Of a DNA stretch of 64,000 bases, positions 28,951 to 44,962 are shown one piece after another. The stretch comes from the human T2T-CHM13v2.0 reference genome, Homo sapiens: assembly GCF_009914755.1 (NCBI RefSeq), contig NC_060940.1. The stretch is one strand, 5' to 3'. The notes under the pieces were generated by a model that did no database searches, was not told where the DNA came from, and worked only from the letters and a program-made list of their open reading frames with translations. A program made the position numbers and the translations under genes. How positions within the stretch are numbered: the first letter of the stretch is position 1; each line of letters starts with the position of its first letter.

Positions 28951-30210
28951 AAGAAGTAGTTGCAGGTGCTCTGAGTCATAAGAAAACAAGAAACTTTAAT
29001 TGATATTCTGCCATGTAAATCTTAAGCAAGCACTGTCCTAGGTGATACCTCCAGACATCCCTGGGGAATTCAGATCATCATCATTTCTGTTATGATGGTC
29101 CTTCACATTCTGGGTAAGCCTCAAGGTTGCAAGTTATCCTCCCTGCCAGGCTTTGTGCTCCTTGGAGGCAGGTATGGTTAAGAAAGAATATTTAGAGTAT
29201 GTATCCTTGACTGGTATATACCAAAACGTAAACATGCATTTTGTATAGCATGTTGCCCACCAAAACAAGAGAAACATACCAGCAGGGCACTCTAGGTATG
29301 CAAGCAATCAATATTAATCAGCTTTAAATTTGTAGTGAGATTTTTATCCATTTCACTCCCCTTTTAACTTTTCTGATTAGACTGAAGATAATATATCAAT
29401 TTTATTATAGTACTGTATGTGTTTAACACCTTTCTGATACATGCTAATACCCCTTTATATAGCAAACAACAAGCAGGCTTGGGGATACGACTTAAGCAGG
29501 CAACATTGTCTATAAAAAAGTTAATGATACTTATATATTAACATATATTTTACATTTTATTTCATTTTTTAATCTGGCCTTTGTTTCTACTTATGGCAAG
29601 TGATACTAATAGTGAGATAAAGTTTCTTTTTTAAATCAAAATTCATATGAATAAAAACAAGTATAGCAGTTTTTCTTTTATATGACATATCCCATGTAGG
29701 TTAATGGCATACTTGATAGCAGACCAAAATACTAGAGGTGAATCTCAAAGAACTAAGAGGTGGATTCAATGCTCTGACCAAGGAAAGTAGCAGGGATTTA
29801 CAACAAGACCTCGAGAGAGTGAACTCTTAAGCACAAAGTCTTTCTATCTGCAAAGACAGCTTTTATCTATGAGACTTCACTATCTGTTATTGCAGGTATT
29901 CAATAAATTTTATTAAATGTATTTGATGAGAACAATTAGAGAAAATATAGAAATGAGAGTTGAAAAAACATGAAACAAGATAAGAAGCAGAACAGTAAAC
30001 AGTAGAAGGTTTTTTTTTAAATAAATGTAGTTTTAAAAAGTGAATTTCTGTTAGAAAAAAAAGGAAAGTGTGATTAAAATGGGTTAGACACCTCTGAAAT
30101 ATCCCACTGGTGTGGGTTTTCTGTTGGTTTAACTAAGAGATAATGTTGGTCATACGCTTGAAAAACAGCCTTAACTTGAAAGTTCCCACTTAGCTGCCTT
30201 GAGCTAGGTA

Positions 30211-30963
<753 letters not shown>

Positions 30964-33134
30964 TATGTAAGGAAAGGCCACCCAAAATAACACATATATT
31001 TTTAAAGTCACCTTCCAGAACCAGAAGGAAAAAAAAGGAGGGATGGTAGAGAGGATCAACAAGATAAACGAATATAAGAATGAATATATTCATTGATTCA
31101 TTTAAATGTCCTGTAATTTTGGTAGACTTAATTTCAAGCCTGTCTGGGGTGTTGAAATAAATAAATCATGCATTGTGTATGAGCCAATTAATGACTACAA
31201 AGCAGACAAAACATATCTATGCTGTTAGAAGTCAGGATATCAGTTAATCATGTGACTGGAAGGGGACACAGAATGAGTTTTGTGGGGATGGTGCTATTGT
31301 GAATTTTTATTTGGGTGCTGGGTATACAAACCTGTTCAGCTTATGCTGTTATAGATATATGCATTTTACTGTATGGCTATTAAACTTGAATGCAGAATTT
31401 AAAAATATGTACGCGGAACAAAAAGAAAATGTAGAAAAGCCTGAACACAAGAATTACTATCTATGTTCATGAGAAATCTAGGTTACTAATGTTCTTAGTG
31501 CTAGATTCACATCACATGGTCTCACTTGCTTCGCTGACAGCCTCCCCAAAAAAGGCTTTCACAAGGCACTTAAATAGTGTTTATCAGAACTGTGAGTTGC
31601 TGTCAGAGCAGCTCTTAAGACGGATACTGGTATTTCTCCTTTCATTTAAGTTTGACATTGTAACGTGTTACATATACATAAACGTGTGGGAATTGTTTGA
31701 TATTATTTCATTATCACCTAATGGTAACAGCAGCTCTAATAATTACACAGGAATAGCAATCCAAAAAAAAAAAAAAAAGGAATCTTAGGGTGATTGTCAT
31801 TATTCCGATTATTCTGTCAAGGTGAGAAAAAGGACAATAAAGACATGCTCGGGAAAGGATTTTGCCCTTTGTTTTCAGTCTCGATCATCTAGTTTTCTTT
31901 AACAGTAATTTCAAAAAGAACAAAGCATGGAAGACTGTAGGTTATCTTACATCCATTAATAGGATCTGTGAATATAAATGGATGGAAGAGTGACATTGCA
32001 GTCAGCACAGAGTCTTTTTTCTTACTGAACTGAGAATATTCCTTCTCTGGTTCTATCTCCCAGTTCAAGGAGACGCATGATCCTTTCATAAGCCCAGTAG
32101 AAGGGGATATCCCACCCTCTACCCTGGTTCTAACTTTCCCAAGGATTTAACGTTTCAGCTCATTGCTTTTATCTGTGCAGCAGTCGATGGCAGACGAAGA
32201 AAAAACTTTCGAGTTTGTTCATATTATAGTTTGAAGATATCTACTACCTAGTTCTGATATTCACACCATGCCTTACCCTAAGGAGCCAAGATCTTTCACA
32301 AGGCAGACACAAGAGTGATAGTCTATTTTTAAGGCCCATATAATAATAAAAAAAAACTGCATATAATCTGTGTGGATATAAATATTTGTTATCTTTACAC
32401 ACTGTTTACATAGCCAGGAAGAAAGATGCTTTTATATCCTCTTACAGACCAAAGTTCTTTTGAATCCCCCTGGTCACTGTCATCACTGCCACCCAAGGCA
32501 TCCAGCAGACTACTTTATATTTCTCAGGAAATGTTTGTTTTTAAGAAACATAATACATCTCTCCATTTTATTGAGTTGTCTTCTATAGATAGATGGAAGT
32601 ATCATCGAAGCCAGAGATGGGAAGTGCCTAAAGATCAGTATGTTTGTAGAACCAGAGACTAAGCAAACCAACAAGAAGTTTCACAGTCTCTCACTTTTTC
32701 TTGTCTTGGTTGCCTGCTCCATTTCCACCCACCTCTGCGGGTCCTGGCTTTACCCTTTTACTTTAATAAAGGATCATGCTTGCCTAATGGTTCCCAAGTT
32801 CACATATGTTTATGTTGAGCTACTTGGAAAGGTACTGTTTCCACATCCTCCTAGTTTTCCTGGCAAATACCTGCGGTTGAGACTAATTCAACTAGATTTG
32901 GTGGAATGTCTGCCTGTGTCCCAGAACAGAAGCAACCTATATAAGCTAACTGCTGGTATTTCACACTGACAATAGAGTGATGCATAGTAACTAGAGAATA
33001 CACACAGCATGAGTTAGGTAGCCACTCAGCGGATGTTGGACATTCACTGCAGACTTGAAACAGGTTAGAGGGTTGATGACTACACAATATTCATTCCTGT
33101 GTTCATTCCCTTTTTCACACAAACTTTCAAACAA

Positions 33135-33351
33135 TAGGAATAAGTAGGTAACATTGGTAATGATAATTTAGTAAACAGATTGTCCATGAACAAATTTTAA
33201 AGGATAGGAGTAGGAGGACCAATTTTGAGCAGAAGAAAGGAATTAGGAATAAGTAGGTAACATTGGTAATGATAATTTAGTAAACAGATTGTCCATGAAC
33301 ACATTTTAAAGGATAGGAGTAGGAGGACCAATTTTGAGCAGAAGAAAGGAA
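33135..33351. repeat. Tandem duplication, period 109 bp, two copies
   Basis: 33135-33242 matches 33244-33351 with one mismatch (caaatttt vs cacatttt). Confidence 0.97.
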
Positions 33352-33409
33352 AGATAACACCCAGTCTCAGGTGTTATTCTTTATAGCAGTGTGAAAACAC
33401 ACTAATACA

Positions 33410-33803
33410 GCTGCCATAACAAAATTCCCACAGACCGGGTGGCTTAAACAGCAGAAATTTATTTTCTCACAGTTCTGAAAGCTGGAAGTCCAAGGTCAAG
33501 ATGCTGGCAGACTTAACTTCTTCTGAGCCTTCTCTCTCTGGCTTGCAGATGGCTTCCCTCTTGCTGCCTTCTCATGTGCTTGTTCATCTGCGCACTTGTG
33601 CCCCTGATGTCTCTTTGTGTGTCCGGATTTCCTCTTCATGTAAGGACACCATTCAGACAGCATTAGGACCCACCATGTGACCCCATTTAACCTTCATTAC
33701 CTCCTTAAAAGTCCCATCTCCAAATGCAATCACAGTCTGAGATACTAAGAGTTATGGATTCAACATATGAATTTGTGGGGAACACAATTCTGATCCCATC
33801 ACA
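33410..33803 (-). mobile_element. MLT1A/B-like MaLR LTR, preceded by an MST/THE1-like 3' end stub (about 33358-33409, +)
   Basis: ctgccataacaaaa...ggtggcttaaacagcagaaatttattttctcacagttctg; the stub reads cccagtctcaggtgttattctttatagcagtgtgaaaacacactaataca. Confidence 0.8.
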
Positions 33804-33983
33804 AACCCACTGTATTTACATTTTTTACTGTAAAAAATGTGTTAATACTTGACTGATATTATAATCTTTATATAATATATAATGTACAACAATCATGCTT
33901 GACATATATAATGCCCCCTTCTAAAAATCTACACAGTGTTTTACATGTACCTAGCCTAGAGCAGAAACTAAGTAAACTGTATC

Positions 33984-34575
33984 TGCTGTGGCTTCATTCT
34001 CTATCAATTAAGCTAAACTGAAATTCTGTTTCTAGAACTCCCTTCTCTATATTGCCCTAGTTACTTCTGGCATGAGACGTTGGAAGCAGAAGTGAAGAAG
34101 GCAGACAGGAAGTGAGAGCAAGACATCAGGCACTGGGCTCTTGCATGATTCAGCAGATCTGCAAGCTCACCATGTTGGCATGCAGCAACATCCAGGCTCA
34201 CAGCTCCTCCGGCTTCTTAGGATTTGCACCTTCAGGTTCGCGGAGTCCTAGGCCAGATAAATGTGACTCTCTGTGACAAAGGGCACCAGTTCTCCTGCAG
34301 ACTACTCAAGGCATGGGAATTTGAAGTATGAGAGACAGATATAGATAGGCTCCACTTTGTCCCCATGGGTTCTAGTTGGTCCTCTGGGATTCCAGTGTAT
34401 TCCTGGTCTTTCCCACCTCATGTCCAGCTTTTTTCCCATCCCCAGAAGCAGAAGCAACAGCTTTGCACAGATTTCTCTCTCTGCTTCATGACGTATAAGG
34501 TCTAATCCCTATAATAACTCTTTTGTTATGTATGTAAGACTGTTACTGGTTCTGACTTTCTGATGGGGAGCCCCT
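33984..34575 (+). mobile_element. LTR33-like ERVL LTR
   Basis: gaagcagaagtgaag, ggtctaatccctataataa and ggttctgactttctgat motifs. Confidence 0.55.
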
Positions 34576-37500
34576 ATTCTCATCTGTGATAAGATCATGA
34601 GTAAACTACTTTATGATCATATGACTTACTTTTCTCATTTGTAAAATAAGAATAATAAAATTCACCTCCTAAGGTTGTTGGTAGATTGAATGTGTCTGTA
34701 GAATGCTTAGGATAGCATTTTGCACATTTATTAAATATTAATCCCTATGTAATATTAAATTAATTAGTCATTATGTTAACCTTAAGCTGATAACATCACT
34801 TTGGATTTCAGAAGGAATAATGTACAGACATTTCAAGACTTGCTTCAAAAAGTGTTAACTTTACTTTGTGAACGTCCTCCCACTACTGCTCCATCCCCAA
34901 TGTATTTCCTGAACTCAAACCACTCTTGTTACTTGCCAAGATTCATAATTGATAGACAATGATGAGATCTGTAAAGTCTGACATGGTTATAAAGAGAAGA
35001 CTCCTTGAGTCATGCTCCCTGACAAAAGGAAAATGAATGAAATCAGCTGCAACAGTAGCACAAATATGATTAGAATTACTATAAACTCTTTGAGCACAGA
35101 CACAAGGGATGAAAACTGATTCCCTTAGGATGGGGATGTATATGAGATTATGTGTTCCATGTGATCCCAGGTGATACATAGCTATATATTTTCACCTGCA
35201 GCCTCATGTTGTAAATATCTGTTGTCTTTTGTCATGAGGTCTAATAACATATCAAATGCATATATACAAATATATATATACATGTGAAATTACTGGTGGG
35301 GAGAATAGAAAAAATTCCATTAAATTCATAAATCTATGATTGCTAATTAGCCAAAGAATAAGTGCATTTGGGTCTAAAAATCAAATGGCAAACTTCAAAG
35401 TCCAGTGAATCCAGAAAGTATAATTATTAAGCCCATGACACATGAATGTCAAAGTTAAAGAAATAATAACACATGGATACAAGGAGACTCGAGGAAATCC
35501 CCACTACCCATGAGAGGCAAAGTTCTGAGGAAGCGAGGCATACACCAGAAATATATTGACAAAGGTGTCCCACATTCATTTTCAGGCAAGTCTTCAGAAT
35601 TTCACAAATATGTGTTTCGGAGCTGCCCTGACATGCAGTTAATTCATTTCTCTGACCAGCAAATGCGGACAAAGGCTGAACTCTGTGAGGTTTACTCCCC
35701 AGCCCCTTTTAATATATGCTTTCCTGGAATGGTTATGTAATAACAATTTATACTATGGGTGTTCATTCTAATTTACAGAACTCTAGACACACATGTGGCT
35801 TGAATAAACAGGAAGATTTGCCTTTTTATCTTCTGGAATCAACAAATATGTTGAATCCTGAAATATTAATTCCCATCTGAGGGCAAAAAGAGGCAAGAAA
35901 GAAAACAGGATCATGGGGTTGTCTGTGTAGACTCCTACCTGCTTTCCTCAATCCTCTACCTGTAATACAAAGTTTTTCCTAAGTGTTTTGATTTTTCTTA
36001 TGATAAGTGCAGATTGACTGATTTGAAAACACTTTTCAATATTTCAAGTACCAGAACATTACTTGAATAGAAAGTGGTTGATGTCTTATTTTCTTCAGAA
36101 GGGCTCAGAGAAGGCTCGGTTGAAATGCTGACCATAAAATATATCTCTGAGAACAGAAGAGTAGGGTGCAGTTTTTAGAGAGGAAAACCAATGTATTTAG
36201 AAATAGCAAGAGCCAAGATGTGAGTGAGTAGAAAATGTATTTCTAAAGAACATAAAGAGACAATGTTAGGATAATCAAATCGAGTTTAAGATAATTCCAA
36301 TTAGCAAGCACAGAGATATAACAGGAAAAAATTAAAAGGGAAATAAAACTTAAGCATTAGCTACTACTGTGAATAGGCCTGGGAGCTATTGGTTAATGGG
36401 TATATAGCTAAATTGGCTTAAAGACACTAGTTTACAAGACACAGATCAAGATACATCATCAGTGTTGCCTCTTCACTTAGACATTGTTAGTGCTGAGCCA
36501 ATTCTTTAATCTTAATAAATCTGAAACACCAATTCAAATTATCAGATGCCTATGACTAAGAGATATAGGTTTCTAAATCAAATTGAGGCAACAAATCACA
36601 GTCCGCCAGGAATGACACATTGTTTACCTATGGCGGTGGGGTAAGAGGAAGAGATTGTTAAATTTTGTTCCAGTAGGTTCAAATTTCAGGCCTTTTTGTA
36701 ATTCCTTCAAATATACTTTATGTAATATTCTATTATAGATAACAAAAAATGATACCAATATTATCCCTTGTGAAATCAAGTGATGTTTTTCATCACATTT
36801 TCTTGTGATTTATGTCATTCTGAGGAATTTTTATTGGATAGTGACTGAGAATTCATCTTCTAGAAATAATTCAAAGATTTTCTGCTTCCTACTTGAAATT
36901 CCTAAGTCCATAGACCAATTGTAAAAGAAGAGTGCACTGGAAACACCCAGCTTATGTTGATAATGGGACCCCAGACAGGGTGAATCTGAGACAGCTCAGA
37001 CAGCCCTATAGTGAATAGTTCTATAATTTTAACTGTTTTCAAAATGACTGAAAGCGATGTTTCTATAAGACTATAATAAACTTTCCTATGCTATTCTACA
37101 TTTGTTAGCATAGCTTTATATATATATTTTATACATATAATATATAAGGTTGAGGGTTGGACCACATATTTTTAAATTAAAGAGATCAGGGATGTGGAAT
37201 TATCAACCTAAGATCCCAAAAACAGTTGGCAGCCCATACAGGGCAATAAAATTGGTTAATTGTATTTTTCTGTTATAAGTTAATTCCTTAATAAAATGTA
37301 ATATTATAATTTAGGGAGTACAAATGAGCAAATGTTAAAACAAAATCCGATGAAGGAGCTCTCCCATCACAAAAGTTACTCAAATAAACCTTGTTCATAT
37401 TGTCATCATTGTTTGCAAAGCTTGTTCTCAGACATAATGTAGAAATAACTCAATGCCTCTTGGAAGACTAATGCATTTTAGGCACCCCTAACAATTAACT

Positions 37501-39027
37501 GTAACCAATTTCCCCGTTTGGATAATCTGGTAATTTCTAAACCATAGACCATTTAGGGAGACCTTTGAATAGCACAAAAATTCACATATTAGAAGCCATT
37601 GCTTCACTTTCATTATAAAGTTAAAAAGAAAAAGATTCACTGATTGCATCAACTGCCTACATATCTCTAATAGAAGTTTAGCTTCTTTAAGCAGAAGAGA
37701 AACTACAGACTCCTCACCCCATTGTAGAGTTTTGGAACCACAGCTGCCTTAGTCATTCGTATCAGGTAGAACAGCTAGATTTCTTTTGAAAGTGTTTATT
37801 TCAATCCTCATGATTTCCCACCCATGTTTTCCTAAAGAATTTCAATTTTGTTCATCACGCTGAATGAAACAAGAAAAAATATAATCAAATCCATCAAGAT
37901 ATGCTTTTCCCGTTTCCCACTTTGCATCTCTCCTTTAAAAATAGAGAAGTGCTGCCAAATTCTTTTAAAATCTAGCCGAGAGGGAGAAAGAAAGACACAA
38001 CCTATAAATTATAAAAAAGAAATGTGTTAGGTTGAAGACAGTTTGTCAGTATGTACATCCTTTGATCTTTTAAACCTATGTGACACAAATTGTTCCTTTA
38101 ATAATAAAAAATATGAAAATGAGCCTCTTTAATTATTAGTTCAGAAATATTCTTTATTTTGGAGGATAAAATATGTACTGGGCAATGACAAGAATCACAA
38201 GCTAATCCATGTAACCTGTAGTCATCATAATTTACAATTCACTTTTTAGAAAGTGCAAATTTTACTATTTAGCTGCTTGCTAAATTAACATGTGGCCTTT
38301 CATAAAACCAAAAATGTATTCTCATTAGATATGTGTCTCTAGAGCTTTTGTGGAGTAAATTTCTGTAATGCCTGCAGGATCCTTTTGAAAAAATAGTTAC
38401 TGGGGTCATATAAATGAATATGAATTTCCAAAAGAGCATACAATATGTCTAAATCTCCCAAAGAGTATATTAGATGAATTTATCAAATTATGATATACAG
38501 TTATACTTTAGAGACTGAAATAGGAAAAGCAGTTTCACTTTCTTTAATTTGGTGTTTATCAAATACATTTATACTTTTTTTTGCACTAAACCAGTTTTGA
38601 ATACAGATCAGAAAATGTTGCCACCGATCTATTCTGATATAAGAAACAGTAGAAATATACAGACAAATAAAAATACAGAGTATTATGGAGATTCCTGTCT
38701 CCATTCTTAACTTCTGCCTTCTGCCTGAACACCTTCTGCTATAAGGTGTGGCTGGGCAAGTTGGGACACCACATAACAACAGGAGGTAGAGGAAGAGTGA
38801 GACAGTAGATAAATACTTGTGGGGGGAGTAAGGCGATGGATGAGGTAGCAAATGGAGATAAGCTACTGCAAGGATAAGTGGTGAGCTAATTTATAACTAT
38901 ATTAAAAATAAAGAGATACATTCCTCACTGTTAAAGAAAGGGGAAAAAACCAAAATGAAGCCTGAGTTGTCATTTTAGAATGCAGTTATAGAGCTGAACT
39001 TGTAGTTTTCAATAGAGAGATACATAG

Positions 39028-39444
39028 TGTGTTAGTTTCCCTGGGCTGCCATGACAAATTACCAAAAATGCTGCTTACAACAACAGGAGTTTATTCTCTC
39101 AGAAGTCTGGAGTCCAAAATCAAGATGTCAGATCCAACACCAGTTCCCTCCGAAGGATCCTTCTAGGCCCCTTCCAGCTATGTGTGGCTCCTGGTTCTTC
39201 TTGGCTGTGGCAGCAAAACTCCAATCTCTGCCTCTGTCCTCAAACAACCTTCTTCCCTGTGTGAGTCTGTATCTTTCCACAGCCTTTTTAGATCGACACC
39301 GATCATTGGACTTAGGGCCCAGTCAACTCCAGTGTGACCTCAATTTAACTAATGACATCTGCTAAAACGCTGTTTCTAAATAAGGTCATACGCTAAGGTT
39401 CTGAATGGATATCAAGTTTTGGGGAACGCTATCCAACCCAGTAC
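39028..39444 (-). mobile_element. MLT1C-like MaLR LTR
   Basis: tgtgttagtttccctgggctgccatgacaaattacca ... tccaacccagtaca. Confidence 0.8.
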
Positions 39445-39460
39445 AGGTAGATGTGTGTGT

Positions 39461-39493
<33 letters not shown>

Positions 39494-39494
39494 T

Positions 39495-40690
39495 ACATTC
39501 TCCCAAATGTTCCTTAGTTCTGCCCTGTCCACTGAAAAGGCTTGGGAACACTGACATCCTAATAACAATGAACACAACTAATGCCCAGACTTTCATATGT
39601 AAATACAATTCTCCTTTAAACGGAACCAGATTTTTGTGTGTGTGTAAATGGCTAATTCTAGGGCTGGGCTAGAAAAAGTACAAAATGAGCCTCAAACAGC
39701 GCGTTGGGCCAAAAGGTGAGAATGCACTCAAAGAATGATGGAGGCATGTCAGTAGGACACAAAACTCAGCCCCAAGGACACATCGTGACCAAGTGTCAGA
39801 TAATCTGAGCATCAGGATAAATAACTCAACCTGTTATAATTCATTAAATAAAACAGAAATCGAAAAGTCAAAGCTAATGTAAATAAATACACAAGCAAAT
39901 TAATGTGAAGAGAAAATTTTCCTTGCAGAAGAATGCTAACCAATGACTGTAGATAGAATGATGGAATTAAGAAAATCACCACTTGGCAGCTCTCATAGTA
40001 ATCATTAATTCAGCCAAGAAACTTCAATGGATGTTAAAATTTTGGGTTAATAGTTTCATGAGGAATAAGATACTTACATAGTCTCTAAGTATCTGTTCAT
40101 AAAGTGTTAAGTGCAAAAAGAAAAAAAACTATGATGGAGATGCAGGGCAAACACTTCCTTCATGAAGTGATCAAAATTATTGTCACCAATTATGGAATAA
40201 ATCAAAATCATGTACCACCTGATACAAATTAGTAAGGCATTATCTGTGATAGTCTTGTCAAAAATGCATATTCTGTATCTAATCCTAAGGAAACATCAGA
40301 CAAATCTTAAGAAATTCTATAAAACAATTGTTCCACGGTCAGGTGTGAAAGTCATAAGTGAAGAAGACTGCAGAGCCCTTCCAGATTGAATAAGTCTTAC
40401 GTTAGTGTGGTTCTAGATATGATACTTTTACTAAAACCCACGATATTGGGACAGCTGCAGATTATTTGATGAGGTCTGTGTATTTGATATCAATGGTGTG
40501 TCAAGATTAATTTCCTAATTTTGATGATTGTATTTTGTTGGCTTAGAATAACATTCATACAGGAAGACTTACTTAGGAGATGGGTCAAAATGTCAACAAT
40601 TTACTCTCAAACAGTTCAGAAACAATACATTTGTACAACATTTGCAATTTTTCTCTAAGATTAAATTTATTCTAAATCAAAGATAACAAA
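39495..40690 (+). mobile_element. Ancient L1M (L1MC-like) 3' region, following (TG)n at 39452-39494
   Basis: taatcctaaggaaacatcagacaaa, ttaatttcctaattttgatgattg and tttgcaatttttctctaag motifs. Confidence 0.6.
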
Positions 40691-43310
40691 ATAGCACAAG
40701 AGAAATAGTATGTGTTTTCTATGAGCATTCCTCCAAAAGAGGAAAACATAGCCATATTTTACACAAGGAGAAAGACTGAAATTATTTAATAATTTTCACA
40801 TTAAATTAAGAAGTCGTTGTTCAAGGAGACTTGCCCATCATATACTGACTTCTATAACCTCCTCAGTGAAACCACTTTGGAAAAGACTGAGATTTGCCTT
40901 TTTCAACTATATATTTACCTAGTAATTTTTGACCTTCTTCTGATATTTCAATTAATATTTTTTGGTGGAGCATGCATTCCTCTTTTGCATTTGCTACCAA
41001 GAAACCCAGAGTCCATTCAAGTTACTCTTGTTAGGCTTTAATATATTTAGCAGTAATTATCACATAGCTCTTCATTAATTTTATTGTTATTTGAATTTCT
41101 ACGTGATGTATAGTTCTGACATTTTTAAAGTGCTCATATTCCTATATTGAAAATTATATAATACCTCCCTTAAACTTCCTATCCAATTCTCCTCTCAGTA
41201 CTTCAATTTAATTTGCAAAGTAGGCTGACCTCAAGAGTTCTTCCACCTCGGAAAAACATTAACTATTATAAACATGCTGCAGAATCATAATGCTCTTATA
41301 AACAGAATTATCTAGAGATATAATCAAAGATCAGTAGAGCATACTGGTTAAGCCCATGGGAGGTAGAACCAGGTGTCTGGTTTTATATTTCAGCTCAGCC
41401 ACTTAATATCTGACTTTATATTATGTAGCATTTTCCCTAATTTTCTGATTAAAAATAAAGAATAGAAAAACTAATATCGGTACTAACATAATAGTATTGT
41501 TGTGTATATTAGAAGCATTTAACACAGCCTCTGGCATATAGTAAATTCTCAATACGTATTGGTCATCATTACAGTAGCCCTGAACCTCAGAGAAAACTAA
41601 GAATACCCCAAGTGTCATGTTTTATGTATCTGTGCACACAACAATGCAATAATTTCTACCAACTTAAACACTACTCTCTTTCTCATCCCTTTATTTCAGC
41701 CTTCACTAATATGCTTTTGAGTAAAATAGGATTCATTCCAACATATGCATTTTGAAATATAAAGTTAGGTCTTGTCAAGCAATTTTTCATTAACCCATGT
41801 ATTCGTATTACACAGGCAATTTATTGAATCATACTGGTAGAAGTAAGTCACAAAGGAATGGTTGTAAAGAAACTAAAGGCCAAGTAGGTAGCACATTAAA
41901 TATAATTATTGAATTCCTCCAAACACACTTTTGGGCAGGGATTATTGTATACACTATAGAGATAGAGAAAGTCAAGCTTAGATGGTTTATGCCACTTACG
42001 CAAGAAGTCAGATTTGGAGCCAAATAACCTGCAAATCTAAGTCAAAGTAAAAAAAAAAAAGTTCATTTTACTCAAACCCAGGTTTAGCGAACAATCAGGA
42101 TTAAAATACACTTGACCCCAATACACAAAAACAATCCAAATATATATTTAAAATGTCTAGAACTTACTAAAGGTAGGGACATTTGCATTGAAAAACCAAC
42201 TTCAGCAACGCTAGTTTGGGATCCACAGTTAAAATCAGACAAGCTCACAAGCTCATCAAGTCATGAAATTCACAGTAGAATAAAAAAGAACTGTGTCTCC
42301 AGCTTCCAAATAAGATATTTCTAAAATAATTTGGCTGCCATTTGGGCAAATATATATGTGCGTTTTGTCTTGACAGCCTGTCAACTGGAAGACAGTTCTC
42401 AAACATCACATTCATTTCAATTTAATATTGGTAAATTTCTCAATTAGAATTGTATTCTTCACTTTCTGCACAATGAAATCCCTCAGCCTTTGCTGGCATT
42501 CCTCAGGGCATACAGGTGCACGTGCTGGCATTTCTGCCACAGCGAAGGAAGAAAAATGAAAGAAGGAAGGAGGGGAGGGAAGAGACAGGCTAAGGAAGAA
42601 CAGTGGTAAGAGGAAGAAAAAAGCGATGGTAGCTGACCTTCTTCCAGATATTCACCTTCATGAGAAATGAAGGGAATAATTCACACTTCGCAATGAAATA
42701 ATGCAGCCGCCTCTGCTTCCTTTAACCAGAGAGGCTGTAGTCACACAGACACCAGACATCCAATGCATAAAATCGATATATAAGGAAAGGTCCAAAGGTA
42801 AGGTGGGAAACAGATTAATAAAAATAATTTTAAAGCCATAAACAACAACCAATTGTGGAACACTTATTTACTTTTTGGCATACCTTTACATTGTACTTTG
42901 TCATGCAAGTCCCACACAATGAAAGCAACATAAAAGTTATTATCCTTGCTTTATAGCTAAGGAAAATGGCAAAAATTTAACCTCCCCAAACTTCATAGTC
43001 AACCTGATAATAAGGGATAGAACCAGGGTTCAAACTCCCACCAGAAACTTCAACACATCCTCTGTGGTTTTTGGAAGATATGTCGCAGGCTAAAGATATA
43101 TAATACATATATATCTTTATTATATATATAATATAATATATAAATATATATAACATACATAACTATGAATTCTATATACAACATATATATGTTAGTGTGG
43201 ATTATTGAAATGTCTACTCTATTAGCAAAAACATTTTAGATGGAGAAATATATACATGTGTATGTATGTATTTACAAGTGCATAAAGGCACTTCATTACG
43301 TAGCTGATAA

Positions 43311-43514
<204 letters not shown>

Positions 43515-44070
43515 TAGTAATATATTTTAAGTCCTTTTCTTATCTGAAAATGGACTTGATGTTTGCAGATATTTCTGCAGTTTTCTTTCTTAACATATTT
43601 ATAAGACACATGACTTACATACACAGAAATGAGAGCCTCTGACACACAATCAATAGATATAGGCTTGGCATGAAGATGTAGAAATCATAATGAGGCAAAA
43701 ATAACAGCTTCTCTGTTCAATGTTTATTAACAATTAAGATAAAGTGTGCTGTATGTTTTGTGGGCAGCAATCATTCATCAAAACCATCTTACTCTAATCT
43801 AGATGAAAGGATGAATTAGAGAGTTCTCTGGCCTAAATGAAATGACCAAACAATATGAAAAAAAGTGAAATATATATATAGTGTTTCTCAGTTCCTGTTT
43901 GTAAGTCAGAAGCCAAACGAAGTGAAAAGATGGAGGTGTTTTTGCTTGCTTGTGTGTTTTTTATGTGTGTGTGGGGGTGGTGATGGCAGAAAGATAACTT
44001 TCTGAGAGAAAAACACAGACATTTTCCTAGGAAAAGTGTCATTCCAGCCAGCCATAAAGAAACAATTTTG

Positions 44071-44360
44071 GGCCAGGCGCGGTGGTTCACAACTGTAATC
44101 CCAGCACTTTGGAAGGCTGAAGGGGGCAGATCACGAGGTCAGGAGTTCAAAAGCAGCCTGACCAACGTGGTAAAACCACGTCTCTACTTAAAATACAAAA
44201 ATTAGCCGGGCATGGTGACATGTGCCTGTAATCCCAGCTACTTAGGAGGCTGAGGCAGGAGAATGGCATGAAACAGGGAGGCGGAGTTTGCAGTGAGCAG
44301 AGATGGTGCCATTGCACTCCAGCCTGGGAAACAAAATAAGACTCTGTCTCAAAAAAAAAA
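44071..44360 (+). mobile_element. AluS-type SINE
   Basis: ggccaggcgcggtgg ... gtctc(A)n. Confidence 0.94.
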
Positions 44361-44962
44361 GAAGTAGTAATTTTGATAAGAAGGAAAAAAAAATAGAGCT
44401 CCTTTCACAAGAGGTAGATAAAGTGGAGTCTTGGCAGAAGAAATATATGGATAACAAATCAAGACCTGAAATCACTTGTGATTTGCTGCCGAATGGGTGT
44501 ATCTACCAAAGTCATATTGTAGGTAGGTAAGAAAAGAATCAAATGAAGCAGACCATGAAAAGTCCCCCTGGGTAAGTAGCTGAACACCTATAAAATGTAA
44601 GGGATATTTTTTCCTCTGGGATAAACACATATATCAGCTAAGAAATAACATGGTTAGAATCAAGCACACTATTTGGAAAATTACTGAGATCATCAATAAT
44701 CCAGTGAGGGTCATTAAGATATGATTTTGGAGAGTGGTCGAAAGAAAGAAATGAGATGATGCATTAAGATTACACAGCAGTCAGTAGTGACTGGAATTAG
44801 GGATTAAATGAGCAGACTACTGGTGAGGCTTAATGAGTAAAAACAGATTCAACAATATCGCTTCCATGTTGTACGTGGGATTTGAGAGTGCATCAGAGTC
44901 ATTGATAAAGTCATGGAAGTCAGAAAGCAGGAAAAAAAAATTCATGAAAGTAATTAGTTTGA

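Noticed and set aside
33135-33351. CRISPR-like or satellite array
   Set aside because: Only two adjacent units with no spacers, in eukaryotic intronic DNA with no cas genes.
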